A DNA stretch of 64,000 bases, taken from the IMG/VR virus record IMGVR_UViG_3300023313_000005, positions 1 to 64,000 of that record. One strand, 5' to 3'. The translations under genes and the position numbers were made by a program. The notes under the pieces are model-generated. The model was not told where the DNA came from. It saw only the letters and a program-made list of their open reading frames with translations, and made no database searches. Source of the DNA: a virus. This document shows, one piece after another, positions 1-12,000 of this stretch (within the stretch, counting starts at the first letter, position 1; each line of letters starts with the position of its first letter).

Positions 1-1
1 A

Positions 2-3000
2 CTAGATGATATAGATAAATTAAAAACTCAATTTAGATCATTAGAAGACTTAATGACTAAAGTTAAAGATAGATATAAAGAGGAAACAAAAACTAAAAAA
101 CAAAGAATAAAAGAATTAAAAAATACTACTAGGAATGTAGTAAGAAATAGAATAGCTGACGAAATTACTAAAGAGATATTTGATGCTGTTTATTCAATAT
201 ACCAAGCAGATCCTGATAATTTTACAGATATAGAAGGGGTAGAACGTGCAATTGATGAATTAAAAATAATAAAGGGTTCGTTACAAGCTAGAACTAATGC
301 TAATAATTGGAAAATTAATAATAAAACTTTTGTTAAGATACATGTTAGAATTAGGGATTTGGAAGATATCTTAAAGAAAGCTAAAGATAATGCTAATAAT
401 CGTGATATAGCACAAGACTTATCGTTAGTAGATAAGATTAAACAAATATATAAAAGTATAGGAGTTACTATTAAAGAAGATGGGAGCTATGAAATAGATA
501 ATAATGAGTTAACTGACACCATAAAAGAAGTCGTAGGAGAGACTTATTTTAAAAAGATAATGGATGATGCCAAAGATAATGCAGCACGTCCGTATCACCC
601 TATTTATGCAGAAGTAATTATCCATAAAATAAAAAACAGTAGAAAAGTAAAGAGTGCATTAAAGAAACAGATTTCATTATCCGCTGAATCTATAAAATTA
701 AAAGGATTAGAAGATTGGAAAACAGAAATAAAGTCTAGACCTAGTAGAATTTTAGAAAATTATATACATTTAGTATTTAATGTAACCGATATACAAAATG
801 AGAATAAAAAGAATCATCCTTTTTCTGTATACAAAAGAAATCAAAACTTTTATGAGTTTTATAGACTAGTATTAGCCGCCCCTGAAAATAGTTTATTTTT
901 ACAAAATGGTATAACAAAAGACGAAATTGTTGATGAATTAAAGAAAATTACTCATCTAATTAGTTATGTATCATTAGCATATAAAGTAAAATCTGATTTT
1001 GATATTGTAAATTCTGTAGTTGCAGAAATTAACACATTTCAAAATATAAAAAAAGAGAATGGGGATAACACTATAATAGCACCATCTATACAACAAGAAA
1101 TTGCTTTACGTGAATTACAAGAATTTTGGGGAGCATCTTTTAGTAGACAGTATCAGGGTAATATTGCATATTTGAAGGGGATAGCAGGTACAGGTAAGAC
1201 TACAGCAATGAGTTTTATTGTAAAGTATTTGGGTTTATCTAAGAGTGAAATATTAGCATCTGGTCATTCTAAAACATCTTCTCATAATTTAAATCAAGGA
1301 CTTGGTATAGATAGTAATAAATCTGTAGAAGAATTAACAAAAGAAGATCTTAAAGGAAAAAAATTAATAATTGTAGATGAAATAGCGGGCACCACATTTA
1401 AACAATTTGAGCATTTAATTGAATTAACAAAGGATGAAAAAATAAAAGTTATTGTATTAGGAGACCCATTACAGATCATAAGAGAAAGAGTATCTCCTAT
1501 GGATATAAATGTAACTAAATCCAGAAGAATTGATATCTCTCCGTTAACTGTAGTTTATAGAACAGATGTGGGTATAATTAATACAATAGGTGGTTTATTT
1601 CGAGATAATTTCAAAGAGATCTCAAATGTAGTATTATCTGCAAATAATGAGATAGGTCAGGCCGGTGCTATGGGTATGCATTCAGCATTAGGTTTTATAG
1701 AAATGGATAGTGCTATAACAAATAATGCTACCGATAAATCAGCAATTATAGTAGCTAATGAAGAACAAAGAGTAGAGCTTGAAGAAAGATATAAAGATTC
1801 TCCTGCTAAAGTAATATTATATACAGATGCACAAGGTAGAACTTTCGATAATGTTTTTATATTCTTAAATAAAGATGAAAGGAATATAAAAAATGAAAAA
1901 TGGAAAGATATTCATGAGTTTAATACAGCAATGTATAATATGGTTAGCCGAGCTCAGAATTATGCTGTGATATTAGGAAGTAATATGGGATTTACTAATA
2001 GTATAGACCCCAGTATAGGACAGCGTACATCAGATAGCGAGAAGAATAAGGAGGAAAATGAGATTCGTCACTATGAAAATAAAAAGTTTGAACACGATGT
2101 ATTATCAAAATATTTAGATGATGTTGAGAAACCTGATAACTACAATCCATCAGAAAATCCACCTCCCATTACACCTCCCGATACTGACTCTGAAGATGAC
2201 TCAGATGATAATACTCCAGTACCAGGCACTAGTAGCGATGGTGTAAATGATGGATGGAGAAGACAACCTCCTACTGGTGCTAAATCACCATCTAATCATA
2301 GATTATGGTTCCCTTCTAGTAGGTTTATAAATTTACAAAAATTATCAATTAATAATATATCAGAAATAATTGATCCGTTAGTAAAAGCAGGTTCTAAAGT
2401 AGTTATATATAGAACAAGGTATGAAGGAGAAGATGCTTATTATGTATTAGGGCAGCTTAAAGATAGTGATAAATATGGACAAATCGCAATTTTATCTAAA
2501 GAAGAATTAGAAACAGAGTTTGGTAAAAATGTATCTGCTGTTGATTCGGGATATGGATCTTTGATTAGAACTTCTGATAGTAAAGTATTTAAGTTACCAA
2601 ATGGTGATGGGGGAGTTGTTTATAAGGGTACAGTAAGCTATGCGAGTCCTTTATCTTATGAATATAGTAATGCTATCCAAAAAGAAGGTAATGGGATTAC
2701 TTCTTATATAAAAGATATTTTTGAGCACGGAATGTTTGTAATGGCAGGGCTTCCTATTCCAGATGGAATTAAGTATGAATATAAAATATATACTAAAAAA
2801 GAAATAACAGAACTTGAAAAAATAGATACAGGGGTAGCGAGATTTGGATTACATCCTGGTGTGCCATATATGGCTATAACAATACCGGGTCATAAAATAC
2901 CTCAACATATTAGATTAAATTCACGAGCATTAAATGAGACTGATGATGAAGTAAAAACCATGATGGAATTCATGAGTATTGTTGATGATATTGAAAAAAC

Positions 3001-6000
3001 TTCTAATCTGAAATTAGGTACTCAAGAATTTAATGATGCTCTTTCTAAATTTAGAAGTAACTATAGTCTTACATTGTTAGCTAATGGGGAAGTTAAAGTG
3101 AAAAAAAAGAGACGAACTAGTAATTTTAATTATTCATCAGCTACAGCAAAGGCGTTAACTAAACTAGTTCCTTATATTTATACAGGTGTATCTAAAGTAA
3201 AAACTATTACTGAAGAAGAATTTGAAAAAGAAGAATACGATACTAATAAATTTGATGCAATAAAGCGAGGGAAAAATTATGTATTACAATATAAAAATAC
3301 AGAAACTCTAGAACATATTGCAGTATTAAGTAAGGGTAAAGGTAAAGCACAGAACGCATTTAATAGAATTGCTTTAGCTAATAGTTACGCTGATTCAAAA
3401 GATAAAGAAACATATAAACAACATAAGCAATATATGTATGTTTCAGAAAGAAGAAGGTCTGATGGAAAAAGAATTGTTGTTGCTAAATCATTGGTTACTG
3501 ATCCTCGTCAAAGTAAAAAATACTATCAATTTATTTTAAATACACTTAAAGACCATATAGAAAATGGGTCTGCACCAGAAGGTGTTACAAGTGTTAGATG
3601 GATTAATGAAAAAAATGTAGCAGAAGCAGAAGCTTATATTACATCACAGGGTATTATTTCAGTAGAACAATTACATGATATAAAAGAGTCATTCTCTAAT
3701 GTAGTTACTTCTGATTTTTTAAAAGGACTATTTAAGTTTGATGAATCAGGTAATCATTCTTCATCAGGATATTGGTTGCGTAAACCACTTTTTTTAAGTG
3801 ATATGCAAAAATCAGAAAATGAGATTGAAAAATTATTAACTACAAAAGTAAAATCTATTACCCCTACTGAGATAGAAATAGAAAATAGTACTCAACAAAA
3901 AGCATCACCTTCTGATAATAGTTCGTCACAGCCTTCCCCACGTTCTGCAAGAAGAGGAAGAGGTGGTAGAAGAACTTTAAAATCAACAGATGATTCCGGT
4001 AATTTAGGTGTTGAAATTACTTTAGAAGAAGCTAGAAAGTTAGCAAAACAATTAATACCTGGAATTACAGAAGAAGAATTAGAGTTTGTTAGTAACCATA
4101 TACTAGCTCAAAAAGCATTACCTGGTGAAGATTTATTAGGTTTAATGGAAGATGGTGTAGTGTGGGTATCGACATTACAAAATGGTAAGACTGTACACAA
4201 GAATGTATTAAGACATGAGCTCTTCCATTTATTGTTTAATTATTATTTAGCTACAGATTTTAAAAATGAATTATTAAATTTAGCAAAAAATGAGATAAAT
4301 GGTTTTGATACATTAAATATTGTAGAACAAGAAGAAAAGTTAGCTGTATTATTTCAAAATTATGTTAAACGTAAGTCATCTGTAAGTTATAAAATAGGTC
4401 AAATATTTAAAAAACTTTTAAAATTATTAGGATTTGTTAGTAGAAAATCAATAACATTAAATGATTTATTTGAACAAATAGAACATAATGAAGGGTTACG
4501 GTCTTCTAAACAATCCGGCATTATTACACGCAGGACATTAATTGATATAAGGAATACATTTAAAACAACTGCTAATTATAGAGCAGCAGAAAATTATGTC
4601 ATAGATGCAATATATGATTTTTATGATTCTGATGAAGGGATACCTCTTAATTTTACAGAATCTATAATAGAAGTGTTAAATCTGATTAAAGAAGATCGTA
4701 GTTATATTGAAAAAATTCCGGCTAAACAAAGAACTTCTTACCAAGTTGATGATTTAGAAATGTATAATATTTTATTAACTCCTTCTGGAAAAAATAGAAT
4801 AGTATATGATGATTTAATTAATGAGATATATCCTAATTTTGAATTTAGTAAATCAGGTAAATTATTAAAACCAAAAGATAACGAAGTTAATTTATCAGAA
4901 CATATTACTTCTGTAAATACAAGAAATGAAGAATTAAGTACTACTGACTTGGTGAAACATTTCATGTATAATATAGTTAAAGATAGGATAGTTACACTTA
5001 AAGAATATGAAAAATATTGGAAAGATCATTATGATAAAAAACCTATTGGTAGTAAGACAGGATTGTATCATTTAATAACTAAAGATACAGGTGAAATAGT
5101 TAAAGAAGTATTAGATCCGTCTTTTGTATATGTTAAGCTATTACAAGGATTCACATCATTAGATTTAAGTAAAAATATAATATCTCAATTAAGTGAATTA
5201 TTACCTAATACTACTAGTTCGGAAGGAGCAATATTTGAAGCACTTGCTACACTCTATGAAAGGGCTACTAATGAAGTATTAGGTAATGCGTTAATTAGTG
5301 ACTATAACTTTGGTGAATTTATAAGCCCTATTAAATTTGTAATAAATAGAGATAAGGTAAAGAATCCTTCCAAAAGTGGATTAGAGCTTGTTATTAAGCG
5401 TAAAAATATGTCTACAGAAGAATTTTTAAATAAAATAGCAAAATTATTACAAAATAAAGTTAATGACAGTAGAATAGATTTACAATTAATAATTGATTTA
5501 TATAGAAGATCGGTAGCTGCTAATTTATGGACAGAAATATCAAGTCATTTTGGTTCACAAAGGGAATCTCATTTAAAAACAATTAAACAAAAATATCATT
5601 TTGTTAGACGAGATGGAATTACATATAGTGTTCCTGAAAATAAATACATCAATTCAAAACAACGTGGTCATCACACTGTAATTAAAGGATTATTGCATAA
5701 AGCATTATCAGATAATTTAGAAACCAAAGCCGATGTAACTGCTTTTTTGAAGAAACATAATAATGAAGGTACTAAATATATTCCTTATTTAAAGAGTAAT
5801 GACCTTAGTGAAAAATTTATAGGTTTAAAAGGAATATTAAGAGATTTGGGTTTAAAAGAACAAGTTGTTAAATCTATTCCTCTTCCTATAGTATCTAGTA
5901 TTGCTAATAATTTTTATTCTTTTCTTGTTAATGATTTGAAGGAAGTAGGGGATATAAAAAATGTAAATAAGGAAGAATCTGAAAATATTGATAATAATAT

Positions 6001-9000
6001 TGAATATGTAACAACCAGTGATGTTATTGATAAATCAGGTAATGGTATATTAAATTCAATTACCGCATGGTTAATAGCAGATAAACCATTTTTGAGAGCA
6101 ACTTCTGCAATAAATGCTGAAGGAGAAAAGGTATATTTATTCCATATGTCTTCTAACGGTATTGATATTATTGATAATCTTTTATCTAATGGTAAATTCG
6201 CAGGAAGTAAAGGGAAAAAATCTCACTTAGATTTACCTTCTCACTTAGAAGATTCTTTTTATGAGCATAATATTTTTATGACAGGTTTTCAAACAATGCA
6301 TAGATTAATTGATCATGACGGTACAATTAACAATGATTTTGGTACATTATACAAAAACGAAACTGATGCTAAATGGATGAACCGTGTATTTAATGCAGGG
6401 TTTATTGATGTTATAGCAAAAGGGTTGTCATCTAATCCTAGATATATACAGTATTTTTATACTATTTCCGATAGACCTAATATAATGGGAGTAGAAGTTA
6501 ATGTATTAGATCATACTCAAATTAAAGATTCTATAAAAAATATTATATTACAACATTTATCAAGACCTATTGAATTAGAGCATTATTTAAAAAACTTTAA
6601 TGTATTGAGTAATGCTAATTTTAAAATTCTAAATAAAGAAGATTTATTAAAATTAAGAGAGGCACAAGAAAAAAATAAAAATATAACTAAATTACTAAAT
6701 AAAATAGTAGAAAAAACATATAATAATTTACAACAAAAAGCGGATACTTTTACAGATACTTTATTATCAGAAAAATTTATAGCAGATATTAATTTAAATA
6801 AAGCTAAACTTAAAATTGATAATATTAAAAAAGAAATTGATAAAAATGATGAACAATCTGTAAAAGCAGAACCTGTTGTATCGAAGGCACCTAAGAAACA
6901 TGATGGTAAATATGTATTAGATAAAGAGACACTTCATCCTATGGCAGAATTGTTTTATATGAATAATTATATAAATAGTTATTCTTTAAATCAACTTGTT
7001 ACAGGAGATTATGCTGCATTTAAAAGTAAAGGACGTGATTTAGAAGCGTTAGATTTAGTTAAAAGAATGTCAGGAGTATTTGGTCCTGGTAAATTAGGAA
7101 ATACTGATTTATTATTAGGTAATAAACCTACATATAAAACTGTAGTAGTAGAAGATACTATTATGGATAAAGAACATGTTAAAAAATTCTTAGAGAAATT
7201 TTATGAAATAGAAGATGAGGTAAATGATGCGTTAAAAAAATACCAAGAACTTACAGAAATAACAGATGGGCAAGGATTTATTTTACCAAATAGGAGAGAT
7301 GATATATCTAAATCATACGGTGCTAGTTATGGATTAAAGAATGTATTAAAACCATCATATTATGGATTTAGTACTAAAGTAATAAATGGTGTTACCGTAC
7401 AGTTCCCTGTAATGCTTAAATACTCAGCTACAGTACTATCTGATAGTTTAGTCAATAATAACCCTGTATTACGTATTATACGAGATAATATGGAAAAACA
7501 CGGGATTGATGAATTAGTATTTGAATCAGCTATCAAAGAGGGAGTTCCTAAAAAAATTACATCTTTTGAAGAAATAAGTACAGAAGGGCATCAAATACAT
7601 CCTGATAGTATATTAGAATTACATTCTGATAAATTTAGATTACAGTTAAATCCTTATTCAGATATTGATGCTAAAGTAACACAACCTACACAATTACTTT
7701 ATTTTTTATCTGTACTTAAATTAAATGATAAACGGTCCGATAATGTTTATCAATCATTAGGTGAAATTATTAAATTAAATAGAGAATTATTTGGAACAGA
7801 TATAACTGAATCTGATATAATTAAAAAATTAAAACAATCATTTAAAAATAATAATAGGGAACAACGTTCTTTTGAATTATTAAATGAAGGGCTTTCTGTT
7901 AATTTCCCTGCACTTACCCAAAGCAGTATTATTCAATTTGCAAGTATGTTATCCAAAGATTCTGTACAAGTCAAATTTCCAGGATCTAAATTGATATTAC
8001 AAACTGATGAAGGAATTGTTAATCCAAATACTAAAGAAAGATTACAGTATGTAAACAAAAATGGTGAAATGTATGTAGAAGCAATCGTACCTAAAGGTTT
8101 ACGTGACATATTAAAAAAGGGTGATTTTATTACATCAGCAGATGCTGTAGCCTTTAGAGTACCTACTTCAGGATTACATTCAGCATTACCTATTAAAATA
8201 GTAGGATTTTATGATACTGAAAATACAAATAGTATTATTGTACCGAGAGAATCAATTGCAATTTTAGGGTTTGATTTCGATGTTGATTCATTATTTATAT
8301 TGAGAAGAGAGTATGATAAAAATGGATATCCAATAGGGTATCATGAAAAGAATAATTTATTTGAATTAGATTCTAAATTTTTAGAAAATATAGATACTAA
8401 TAGTAAAGAGGGTAAAAAGTTAGCTATAAAATATCATAAAAATATAATTATAGATAATATATTAAAAGCATTAAGTTCTAAAGATAATATAGAACATATG
8501 TTATCTCCTATTAGTTTACTCAGATTAGAAAAATACAAAGAAGAAAAATCAGTAGATCTATCTGATGTTTTGGATAATAGGTTAATGTTTAGGTCTAATT
8601 TTGATTCTGCTGCTCTTACTGGAGTATTTGCTAATGCATCTAAATCATTAGGTTATCTTGCTAAATTGAGAGATGGAAATAACAATAGCTTACCGTTAGT
8701 TGTTGAAGATAAATTTATTAAAATAAATGGTAAAATTTATAATTCATTTGTAGAGTTTGAAGAAAATACTAATATTTCAATTTTTGAAACATTAGATTCA
8801 TTATTAAATGCGGCATTAGATAATGTCAAAGTACAAATATTATATCATATTAATGCTAATGGTGTTACAGGTAATGCTATTGCTGTATTAGTGGGATTAG
8901 GTATTAATTTGGATACAATAGTTGATATATTAAATCAACCTGTTATTCGTCTATTAGGAACAACTAAATCAAAAAATGCGCTTTTTGAATTAAGAAATGA

Positions 9001-12000
9001 TTTATATGAAGCATATTTAAATTTAGAAAGTCGCGAATATAATAGAGAGGGCATATCTAAAAATTTACCTGAGATTAATGATGATATGTTAAAGACGAAT
9101 TTAAATAAAGATATTAATAATTTAACAGAAAATGAGATATTAAATCAATTAGCTGTATTAGAACAATTTGAATACGCAATGTTCTTAGGGGAAAAATTAG
9201 CTGATTTTTCTAAATCAATAAAATTCGCAAAAGAGTTACCTGTATTTGTTAAAGATATTAAATCTAATTTAGAATTATGGAATACGGTTAAATCTAAATT
9301 TATAGTTAATACTGAAAATATAGAAAAGAGATTACCTCACTTATATGAAGGGGGTAATACATTAGCAATGTTAAATGATATAATCGCAGAAGTGTATGAT
9401 ATACATGGCGAAAATTCATATGCTTTTCTTAATCAATTAAAAGAGGTATTTAATATTAAAATTAAATATAATTCTTTTGAAAATACTGAAGAATTAAAAA
9501 AAGAATTGGTTAAATATATTATATCAGGTATTGACTTATTAGATGAAATATTTGAAACTCCTCCATCAAAAATAGGTGCTAAATCATATAATAATATTGC
9601 AACGTGGAATAGAGAATTAATTCAACAACTATTAGATGAATTTTCTAAATTACCAAATAATATATTAATTAATTATTTAAATATACGTAATAATAAAATT
9701 AGTTTTACAGGAGGTGGTGATTTAAATGCTTCCCAACTTGTTGATTTTGAAGATGCTTTTTTAGAATTATCTGAATCTTTGCAACAAAAACTTATAAAAT
9801 ATGAGCTATTAAATAATGGGACATTATTTGGTACCAGTAATTTAAGTAGTATTATCCCAGGTGATATATTACAAGAAGCCAATAATGAAATAATACGTCA
9901 ATTTAAAAAATTACTTCCTTCATTACAAACTAATATACTTGAAACAGAAGAAGGTAAAGTGATTAAATTAGAAAATACTAATAATCATTTAGATTTTTTA
10001 ATTCAGGTAGCTCTTAATAACTCTAAACAATTACCGTATGTTTCAGTAAAAGCGGAAAAAGAAACTAAATTTTTAGCGGGGGTTACTGAACAAGGACTTT
10101 ATTATGATCTTAAATTTTTAAATCCTCAAACCAAAAGCGGTTTTAAATATTCTAAATCAGCATTTCCCAAATTTATAAAAAGAACATATAATGAAACATC
10201 TGAGGTAGTTTATATGCGAGTTACAGATCCTTTAACACACGAAGTGTTATATCAAAAAATAGGATTTGGAAGAAAACACAAAATAAATATTCGTACCAAA
10301 AATGTAAATACTGTTGAAAAAAATGCAATAGAATCTGCTTTTTCAGGTGCTCCTTATTTTAAAATAAAGAGTCACGATAACACCACATTTAATTCAACTC
10401 ATGAATTATCTAAAAATGAAATTGTATATTTGTATGTTGATGATAACAGGTTAGATGCGGAAAGTTATGAAATTGTAAAAGCAGTTAAGCGATATGATAT
10501 GATGGATGAGTTTTTAGGGTATATGTATACTGTAAAAAAAGTAAAAAGTAATCCATCTAGTAAGACATCTAGAGTATTTAACTTAGAAAGTAAAAGAATA
10601 AATGTAGATATAGTCGAAAATATTAACGAAGGGGATCATCTTGAATTAAATGAATTGTACGAATTGGTTTATAATTCAGAAGATGCGGGTTTAATATCTA
10701 GACTTGATGCTTTGAAAGGGTTACTTCCTGAAGGAATTAAAATAAAAGTAGTAAAACAATCAGATATTAAGGGCGAGGCTTCAGCATTTGCAGGATTTTC
10801 TACAGAAGAAGGACACTTTATAGTATTTGGTGATAAGAGTATTAGTTCACATAGTATAGTTCATGAATTAACACATATAGCATTATATAATTTAATAGAT
10901 AATTATATTAAAGTTGATAAAAGATATATAACAGATAAGCAATATTCATTAATGAGTAAATTAGAAGATATATTTTATTCATTACGAAATCACCCCAATT
11001 TAAAAGGAGAATATGGTTTAACAAATTTACATGAATTTATTTCTGAAGTAATGTCTAATAGTGAATTTAGAGAAAAACTATCTAATATTAATCACTATGA
11101 AAATAATAATCGTATTTCTCTTTTAGACAAAATTCTTAATTTTATAAAACAATTATTAGGGTTTGATTCTAAAATATCTAATGAGAGTATAGTTTCAGAT
11201 TCTGTATTAATGGTAAGTGATAAAATATTACAAGAGGTAATAACATCATATAAGGGTAATATTAAATCTAATTCTTCTTTTACTGCTAATTTAGAGTCAA
11301 ATACAGAAGACGATTCTGTAGATAATAACATAAAAGAATTAATAGAAAAATTAAAAACTGATATTACTAATAGAGATAAAGACGCTACAGTAGGGATAGA
11401 GAATGGAGAAGAAGCCGATTATTACATTGTTAATGGCGAAAAGATACCTAGGGTTCACACGGTTGTTTCAGAGTTCTCTAACGCCTTTAAAAATAAGACC
11501 GGATCTATTGCAGAAAGGGCTGCTAATAAATATTGGATAGAGGGTATAGATCATGACACTAAATTAAATACTGATTTAGGAGAAATGACCTATGAAACTT
11601 ATGTAGAATATAAAGATAAAGAAATAAAGGATAATAAATTACGTGGTAAAATAAACCATAAAATATTAGAGACAGCCGGAATGAATGAGACGGAAACTAT
11701 GAAAGCTATGCAAGATATTAAAGATAAATTAGCTGAAATAGGGATGTCTATAATGCCTTTCCAATGGTTATTTAAAAATAAAGAAACTATATTAGAAAAA
11801 TATGGTATTAATATTAAAGACGACGTATTATTATCAGAAAAAACAATTTATTCTACGCTTTTAAATTTAGTAGGTACTCCTGATTTAGTATCCATAGATA
11901 AATTTGGTAGGTTAAGTATTACTGATTGGAAAACAGGAAGTGCATTTAATGTGGAATTTGTTAATACCATAATGAAATATGGTGATCAAGTTATAGATGT

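Noticed and set aside
1294-11331. Short minus-strand ORFs inside the vRNAP gene, and similar antisense ORFs within nrdJ, groEL, terL and portal
   Set aside because: Antisense shadows of long conserved genes, with no motifs.
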